Origin: Calditrichales bacterium
GTDB lineage: Bacteria > Calditrichota > Calditrichia > Calditrichales > J004
Assembly: GCA_965267575.1 (NCBI GenBank)
Contig: OZ254086.1
Location: forward strand, 3,520,001-3,584,000
Length of the DNA stretch: 64,000 bases
Direction: 5' to 3'
Below, one piece after another: positions 57,832-64,000 of this stretch (positions are counted from its first letter, which is position 1; every line of letters starts with the position of its first letter). The position numbers were made by a program, and so were the translations under genes. The notes under the pieces are model-generated. The model had not been told where the DNA came from. It ran no database searches and saw nothing but the letters and a program-made list of their open reading frames with translations.

Positions 57832-59136
57832 ATGCGTTTCATGCTGCTTTTTTTGTTCTTTTTTTCTATCTCAATTTCTTTTGCCGGTGCGCTGCATGCG
57901 TCTGAACAACAGGCTGCTCAATTGGCTCATAACGCGCAGTACGACAGCGCGATAGCTGTTTACACACAATTACTGCAAGACGATCCGGAGAATGCCTCCT
58001 TGTTGATTGGCCGCGGATATGCCTATTCCTGGCAAGGCCAATACCAAGCAGCCTTGGCCGACTTTGGGCGTGTTCTGAGCATGGAGTCCGAAAACAGCGA
58101 TGCTATGACCGGTGCCGCATATACCCACGCCTGGGCGGGAAACTACGCTACGGCTGATTCGCTGTTTAAACGGGTGCAGGAATTGGAGCCTTCACGAAAT
58201 GAGATTCCCGTTGCACGAGCATACGTTGCCTTGTGGCGTGGTAATCTTGATGAAGCGCTTACCCGTTTTGAGTACATGAAACATGAAATGCCGGAAAACG
58301 GCGAAGTTTTAATGGGGCTGGCACAAACACAAATAGAGGCTGGACAGTTGCGTTCGGCACGACGTTCTCTTGAGAGCCTTCTGCAACTCCAACCGGAAAA
58401 CGAAACTGCGCAAAAACTTCTGAATGATATACGCAATCATACGGCGTTTATGGAGCTTTCCATCAATACGGGTTACAGTAACCTCACCACAAATGAAACG
58501 TTCGGCGTGCGTTCGTTTGGATTGCTTTTTCGCCCGTTGCCCAACCTTATGGTAAATGCCCACTATGACAACACGCTTTCATTGGACAACAGCCAGATTA
58601 TAAGCATGGACAAAAGCGCCCCGTTATACAAGATAGGCGCGGGTATTTCCTGGCATAAAGACGCTTACTCAAAACTGGAAGCAGGACGGCGCGACGTAAG
58701 CGGTATCTCCCAGACCCTGCTGATGGCAGAGCAGGTTTTATTTTTAGATGACATTGCGCTTAAAGCCGGAGCTGTGTTTGGCGCAAACGCCGACTTTAAT
58801 GACGAATGGATGGTTTTTGGCGGTGCCTCTTTCCCTATAATGAAATCTCTTTCGCTGGAGCCGCATTATTTCTTCAGTGACAATGGCATTGATAACCAGC
58901 AGAGATTTTTACTTGCCTCCACCTACAGGTTCAGCCGCGATTATGAACTAAGTGGCGGTTTGCTATACGGTCGTTTCAGCGGAACACGCAATGACGATAT
59001 TTTTGGAGCGCATCTTTCATTTAACGCGCCGCTTGTTGAAAACCACTGGTGGTCCTTGCGCTTCAACCATGAAGAGCTCCCGGGCTACAGCCAAAACGTG
59101 ATCGCGCTGGGTTTACGCCTGCGCCTTGAGCGATAG
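57832..59136 (+). CDS. TPR-repeat protein with C-terminal outer-membrane beta-barrel (YaiO-like)
   Basis: Signal peptide, TPR repeats (AYSWQGQYQAA, HAWAGNYATA) and amphipathic strands; GGAGG RBS. Confidence 0.75.
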   Translation: MRFMLLFLFFFSISISFAGALHASEQQAAQLAHNAQYDSAIAVYTQLLQDDPENASLLIGRGYAYSWQGQYQAALADFGRVLSMESENSDAMTGAAYTHAWAGNYATADSLFKRVQELEPSRNEIPVARAYVALWRGNLDEALTRFEYMKHEMPENGEVLMGLAQTQIEAGQLRSARRSLESLLQLQPENETAQKLLNDIRNHTAFMELSINTGYSNLTTNETFGVRSFGLLFRPLPNLMVNAHYDNTLSLDNSQIISMDKSAPLYKIGAGISWHKDAYSKLEAGRRDVSGISQTLLMAEQVLFLDDIALKAGAVFGANADFNDEWMVFGGASFPIMKSLSLEPHYFFSDNGIDNQQRFLLASTYRFSRDYELSGGLLYGRFSGTRNDDIFGAHLSFNAPLVENHWWSLRFNHEELPGYSQNVIALGLRLRLER

Positions 59137-59145
59137 GGGGCGGTC

Positions 59146-60963
59146 ATGGGAGAGTATATCAAAGCGCTTCTGATAAGCAGAAAAAATCTTTCCGGGGAGA
59201 TGGCCGGACAAAAAAGCAATTATCGTCCAAACCCGGCCATGTACATATCTATCTTTGGAGTATGGATTGCGGCCGTTTTCTGGTTTCATCCGAGAATGTT
59301 AATGCTGTATGATATGGTGGATGGACCGCTTCAGTGGATGTCCATTAGCTTTTTCATCGTTTTTGTAGAACTGGCCTGGCTATATGGTTTTTTCAACGCC
59401 GGCGTTGTGCTGTTTGCCTGGCTTTACAGGAAAACGAGCAAACCGCAGATTGCGCCAATGCCCGCCCGCGAGGCACTGCCGCCCGTGGCTGTATTGTATA
59501 CAACCTGCAATGATTTTGTGGAAGAGAGTGCCCGCTCCTGTGTGGTGCAGAATTATCCGCGCTTCACGGTCTATATCCTGGACGACAGTTCTGATCCATC
59601 TTATAAAAAACGTATAGAATCCTTTGCTGAAGAACATGGCGACAAAGTGAGCGTTATCCGTCGTCCCGATCGGCGCGCTTTTAAAGCGGGTAACATGAAC
59701 CACGCTCTGGAAAAGCATGTTCGTGAACCATTCTTTGCCATCGCTGATGCCGATGAAATTTTGCCCCCTGATTTTCTCTCGCGCATGTTGCCTGAGATAA
59801 TGTACGATTCTGAGATAGGCTTTATTCAGGCCAACCACCGCAGTAATCCAAAACAAGAATCATCCCTCGCCCGCTCATTAGGTATGGGAGTAGATATTCA
59901 CTGGCGCTGGTATCAGCCGCTACGCAACCGTTTTGGCTTCGTGATGTTTTTGGGCCACGGCGCAGTGTTACGGCGTATTTGCTGGGAAAAAATTGGCGGA
60001 TTCCCGGAAATCGTTAGTGAAGACCTGGGGTTTGCCATACGGATTCGCGAGTACGGCTATCGCGGCAAATTTGTGGAACATGTTGTGTGTTATGAGGATT
60101 TCCCGGAAGACATAAGGTCATTTCGTATCAGGCACATCAAATGGACGCGTGGCACGTGTGAGTTTTTACTGAAAGAAGGTCGTGGTCTGATCCGTTCTCG
60201 GGCAATGAGCTGGGCTGAAAAATGCGATATCCTTTTTCCCACCTTGAACCTGCCACTGACTCTGTTTTACTTTCTTTTTATGGTGAATGCTAACATTTTT
60301 ATGCCGCTGCTTTTTGGACGAAGTCAGCCTGTCACTGCCGTAATCGGTGGCAGCGAGTGGGTCTTCCCGGCTGTTGTATTTCAGGATGGTTTTGCTTCTA
60401 TTTTCAGCACGGATTTCTTTCTGATTACACTGCTGACTTTTTTCGCGCCTGTACTGAGTTTTGTGGTTGAGCTGATTCGCAAGCCGCTGACATTACTGAG
60501 GTTCTTGTCACACAGTACCGCCGTTTATGCCGCCTTGAGTCCGCTTTCGGCCATTGGTGTCATTTCTTTTCTTTCGACGAGAAAAGCTACTTTCCTGGTA
60601 ACCGGAGATAAGCAGCAAAGCGCAGCCGCGTCTTCAGCAAAATTTTCTCTTAACGGCATTGGCAGGCGTATCAGGGAAGTTTTGCAACGCAGCCATCCGG
60701 ACCAGCCTGAAGTCCAGTTATTTGAGATTTTGACCGGCGCGGCATTTGTGCTGCTTTGCCTGTTCCTGATCCAAATCTCGTTTTTAGGGCTGGCCCTTGC
60801 TTTTGTCTTTTTGCCGGTTATGCACCATTTTTCCTGGGATAATCAATTTCTGCGAAAAATTGTTTACCTGCCATTTGCCATTATCATTCTGGGATTGCTT
60901 ATAGGATCCTTAAGTGTATTTGGCATGCAAACAGTTTTTTTTGGGTATGGTTTTCACTTCTAA
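59146..60963 (+). CDS. Processive GT2 glycosyltransferase (cellulose-synthase-like)
   Basis: LDDS, KAGNMN, DAD, SED and RHIKW (QxxRW variant) with flanking TM helices. Confidence 0.88.
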   Translation: MGEYIKALLISRKNLSGEMAGQKSNYRPNPAMYISIFGVWIAAVFWFHPRMLMLYDMVDGPLQWMSISFFIVFVELAWLYGFFNAGVVLFAWLYRKTSKPQIAPMPAREALPPVAVLYTTCNDFVEESARSCVVQNYPRFTVYILDDSSDPSYKKRIESFAEEHGDKVSVIRRPDRRAFKAGNMNHALEKHVREPFFAIADADEILPPDFLSRMLPEIMYDSEIGFIQANHRSNPKQESSLARSLGMGVDIHWRWYQPLRNRFGFVMFLGHGAVLRRICWEKIGGFPEIVSEDLGFAIRIREYGYRGKFVEHVVCYEDFPEDIRSFRIRHIKWTRGTCEFLLKEGRGLIRSRAMSWAEKCDILFPTLNLPLTLFYFLFMVNANIFMPLLFGRSQPVTAVIGGSEWVFPAVVFQDGFASIFSTDFFLITLLTFFAPVLSFVVELIRKPLTLLRFLSHSTAVYAALSPLSAIGVISFLSTRKATFLVTGDKQQSAAASSAKFSLNGIGRRIREVLQRSHPDQPEVQLFEILTGAAFVLLCLFLIQISFLGLALAFVFLPVMHHFSWDNQFLRKIVYLPFAIIILGLLIGSLSVFGMQTVFFGYGFHF

Positions 60964-60992
60964 AAAAGGGGTGCCGTTGTGCACCCCCTTTT
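60964..60992 (+). terminator. Rho-independent terminator
   Basis: GGGGTGC...GCACCCC followed by a T-tract. Confidence 0.75.
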
Positions 60993-61128
60993 AACAAAAG
61001 TTATCAATAAACTAAATTTGATAGGCCTATCAAGTGCTATCATTTACACTTTGCCATGGGAATCGTGACACCTCTGCAAGAAATTTCTGCTACTTTTAGC
61101 AGCAACTTCAAAAAACAAAGGAGGTCCC

Positions 61129-61875
61129 ATGGCTCTTTCCGACAAACAGCAGAAACTGTGCGACGACAGCCCTTTTGATTTCTCTGATCTGAAGGCGCTT
61201 TTCATAAACTGCACGCTCAAACGCTCTCCGCAGCTATCCCATACCGATGGCTTGATGCAGGTGTCGCGCTCGATTATGGAAACCAACAACGTTAAGGTGG
61301 AATCCATCCGTGCCGCCGATCATGATATTGCTTTTGGCGTCTACCCGGATATGACCGAGCACGGCTGGCCGAAAGACGATTGGCCGGCGATCTGGAAAAA
61401 GGTGAAAGAGGCTGATATACTGGTCTTGGGTACGCCCATCTGGCTGGGTGAGAAATCGTCCGTTTGTACCATGGTTATCGAACGTCTTTACGGTGAATCG
61501 GGCAATTTGAATGAACACGGGCAGTATATCTACTATGGCAAGACCGGCGGCTGCATCATTACCGGCAACGAAGACGGCATCAAGCATTGCGCCATGAGCA
61601 TTATCTACGCGCTGCAACACCTGGGCTACACGATCCCGCCGCAGGCCGATGCCGGCTGGATCGGTGAAGCCGGACCGGGACCATCCTACCTGGATGAAAA
61701 CTCCGGTGGACCGGAAAACGATTTCACCCAGCGCAACACCACTTTTATGACCTGGAACCTGATGCATACGGCGCGCATGCTGAAGGACAACAAGGGGATT
61801 CCCGCCCACGGCAACCAACGCTCGGAATGGGACGCCGGCTGCCGCTTTGATCATCCCAACCCGGATTACAGGTAG
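61129..61875 (+). CDS. Flavodoxin-like/NADPH-dependent FMN reductase family protein
   Basis: NCTLKRSP..SHT, ADILVLGTPIWLG, ITGNEDG.KH; GGAGG RBS. Confidence 0.88.
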   Translation: MALSDKQQKLCDDSPFDFSDLKALFINCTLKRSPQLSHTDGLMQVSRSIMETNNVKVESIRAADHDIAFGVYPDMTEHGWPKDDWPAIWKKVKEADILVLGTPIWLGEKSSVCTMVIERLYGESGNLNEHGQYIYYGKTGGCIITGNEDGIKHCAMSIIYALQHLGYTIPPQADAGWIGEAGPGPSYLDENSGGPENDFTQRNTTFMTWNLMHTARMLKDNKGIPAHGNQRSEWDAGCRFDHPNPDYR

Positions 61876-61888
61876 GGGAGGGTTGAAT

Positions 61889-62136
61889 AGATGGTCTTGA
61901 AGTCTGGAAGTCTGGATGTCTAGAAGTCAGCTGCGTAAAGGCATTATCCCCGCCTGTCCCGAAACAGTTCCCCTCCTGGGAGGGGCAAGGTGGGTTTTGC
62001 ACGTTATCATATAAACTGCTGCCAAATGCGATGAACCCATCCCTAACCCTTCCCGAGAAGGGGATCATATTAAGCGTTATATCAAATTTCTACCCGACCC
62101 CCAAGACATCGAGACCTCAAGACTTCCCGACCTGTC
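61889..62136. repeat. Nested inverted composite repeat: 8-mer arrays around a REP-like pair
   Basis: TKGAWGTC-like units at 61889-61928 are inverted to GACNTCNN-like units at 62096-62136; an inverted pair lies between (61968-61996 and 62034-62065). Confidence 0.8.
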
Positions 62137-62137
62137 C

Positions 62138-62929
62138 TTAAAACTTCGTCCCCCAGAACAGTTCGTCAAAAAAGAGCTTCATGTGCTCCCAACTGCGCTT
62201 GTCGGCCAGGGGATCGTAAGCGGCCCCGGTCGAAGGGTCATCGCCGGAAGCGGGGTTGGTGAAAGCGTGAACGGCACCGCTATACATAATCAGCTGCCAG
62301 TCGACATTGGCGGAGCGCATTTCATCCATAAAGGTCTGCACCTGCGCGTCGGGTACATAAGGATCAGCCGCGCCATGCAACACCAGCACTTTGGCTTTAA
62401 TGTTTTGGGCATCGGTTGTGTCCGGCGTATTCAAGTTGCCGTGGAAACTTACCACGCCATCCAGGTCCGCGCTGCTGCGGGCCAGCTCCAGCACTACACC
62501 GCCGCCAAAACAGTAACCGATGGCGGCCACCTGGTCGGCATCAGCCAGGTCAAAACTTCGCGCCTGCTTCAGGGCGGCGTTAATCCGTCCACGCATCAAC
62601 GGAATATTGCTGCGATAGATACCTGCCTGTTCCGCCGCTTCCTGGCGGTTGGCTGGACGTACTCCTTTGCCATAAATATCAGCGGCAAAGGCCAGGTAGC
62701 CCATTTCGGCAAGCTGCCGGGAGCGGCTTTTGGCGTAATCATTCAGACCGGTCCATTCATGAACTACGATAACCACAGGCCTGTCGCCCTTAATGCCCTT
62801 ATCATAGGCCAGATAGCCTTCTAAAACAGTGCCATCATGCATGTACTCAACTGTCTCGGTGTGGATTTGAGCGGTCGCGGATGAAAGAAGTAATCCGCAG
62901 AAAAGAATAAAAAAGGAAAGATATTTCAT
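62138..62929 (-). CDS. Dienelactone hydrolase family protein
   Basis: HEWTG, GYCFGG, SFHG, HGAADP and GAVHAF motifs; signal peptide. Confidence 0.92.
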   Translation of the reverse strand: MKYLSFFILFCGLLLSSATAQIHTETVEYMHDGTVLEGYLAYDKGIKGDRPVVIVVHEWTGLNDYAKSRSRQLAEMGYLAFAADIYGKGVRPANRQEAAEQAGIYRSNIPLMRGRINAALKQARSFDLADADQVAAIGYCFGGGVVLELARSSADLDGVVSFHGNLNTPDTTDAQNIKAKVLVLHGAADPYVPDAQVQTFMDEMRSANVDWQLIMYSGAVHAFTNPASGDDPSTGAAYDPLADKRSWEHMKLFFDELFWGTKF

Positions 62930-62983
62930 AGGGGCCTCCAAAATTAGTCCGGGTTTTGAAACGCCTTTAGCTACAAAATATTC

Positions 62984-63400
62984 TTATTCTTTTGGTTTAG
63001 CTTTCCAGCCTCCAAGAATCGCTCCCATAATGAGCAGACCCACAAGGGGATGTCCGGCGGTGATGCCGAAATAGGCCAGGGTACGGGCTTCGAATGTATA
63101 TTGCGTGCCCAGAACACCGGCAATAAACGCCAGCCATAAAAGGGCTGCCAGTTTCATTCCTGTGAAGACAGTTTGCTGTTCGCTTTTGGAAAGCAAAAAA
63201 GCCAATACCGCGGACATTATTACACTTGAGAGAATTGCCACGCTAAAGGCCGTCGCATAGCCCGGACCGTTAATGAGCTGTTCCACAGTCAAACCACCGC
63301 CTTCAAACCAGGGATCGCGAAAATAGGCATACCAGGGGTAGCCGATTAAAATATGGGGTAATGCCGCTACAATAACCGCCGCTTTATTGATTCGTCGCAT
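62984..63400 (-). CDS. DUF1761-like membrane protein
   Basis: IN..AV.VAA...IG..WY..F..PW start; four TM helices ending in GAILGGW. Confidence 0.7.
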   Translation of the reverse strand: MRRINKAAVIVAALPHILIGYPWYAYFRDPWFEGGGLTVEQLINGPGYATAFSVAILSSVIMSAVLAFLLSKSEQQTVFTGMKLAALLWLAFIAGVLGTQYTFEARTLAYFGITAGHPLVGLLIMGAILGGWKAKPKE

Positions 63401-63603
63401 AAAAGCCTCCTAAACGGATATATTTAAAAGTGAGGTGTGTATCCAGGCTGTTTAGCGCCAAAACCTGGACAGAACGGTTCTGCCCGGCAGCAAAAACTAT
63501 GGATAGGACGCCGCCCGAACAAATTATGACGTGAACAGCACGTGACTGTTTCTCTTTTACAGATATTTTTTATATTTCATGAAAACCAACGCGGAGACCT
63601 GCC

Positions 63604-64000
63604 ATGTTCAAGCCCTTTTCTCGTATTGCGATTGCTTTTGTTCTTCTGCCGCTTTTTATACAGGCCCAGCCTGCTGATCTTGAAAAATTTGTAAATGATG
63701 TACGCAAAACTTTTGAAGTGCCCGGCATTGCCATTGCTATTGTCAAAGATGGTGAAGTGGTCCTGACCAGGAGCTATGGCGTTAAAAAAATAGGCACGGA
63801 CGACAAGGTGGATGAACACACGACGTTCGCGATTGCCTCCAACTCCAAGGCCTTTACGGCCACGGCCCTGGCGCTGCTGGTGGAAGAGGGGGTCATCGAA
63901 TGGGACGCGCCGGTGATTGATTACCTGCCCTGGTTCCGCATGAGCGACGCCTATGTGACAGAAGAGATGACCGTGCGCGACCTGCTGGTACACCGTAGCG
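63604..64000 (+). CDS. Serine hydrolase (beta-lactamase/AmpC family), 5' part only
   Basis: Translated by hand: MFKPFSRIAIAF...VPGIAIAIVKDG...FAIASNSKAFT (SxxK)...TVRDLLVHRS; runs off the window. Confidence 0.9.
   Translation, partial: MFKPFSRIAIAFVLLPLFIQAQPADLEKFVNDVRKTFEVPGIAIAIVKDGEVVLTRSYGVKKIGTDDKVDEHTTFAIASNSKAFTATALALLVEEGVIEWDAPVIDYLPWFRMSDAYVTEEMTVRDLLVHRS

Noticed and set aside
63577..63993. 138-aa minus-strand ORF
   Set aside because: Antisense shadow of the plus-strand serine hydrolase starting at 63604.

Overview
Gene-dense bacterial chromosomal window with no rRNA, tRNA, CRISPR, integrase or transposase. Five secreted proteins end in an 'N[YQF]PNPFNP' T9SS-type/FlgD-like sorting domain, suggesting an FCB-related lineage such as Calditrichota/KSB1 (inference). 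The left part is accessory: a flavin monooxygenase fragment, phytase, DinB, two toxin-antitoxin modules (higBA, yefM-yoeB) separated by three GTCA-tagged palindromic repeats, a haloalkane dehalogenase, an AT-rich gene bracketed by GTTAGAY direct repeats, a CotH kinase and an AT-rich kinase/nucleotidyltransferase-TMK locus. The middle holds a LytS/LytTR pair with a candidate binding site before an FG-GAP/ASPIC gene, a TetR-RND-LolA-like-DUF1302-VIT1 operon with two candidate operators, a VPS10/BNR protein, a PAS hybrid kinase and a CpcT-like protein. The right part holds a corrinoid methyltransferase cluster (MtaC, MtaB, MetH activation domain, URO-D family), a complete E. coli-type nuoA-N operon with tandem-repeat inserts, a TPR/beta-barrel plus GT2 pair and several small enzymes. 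All calls come from motif recognition; no searches were run.
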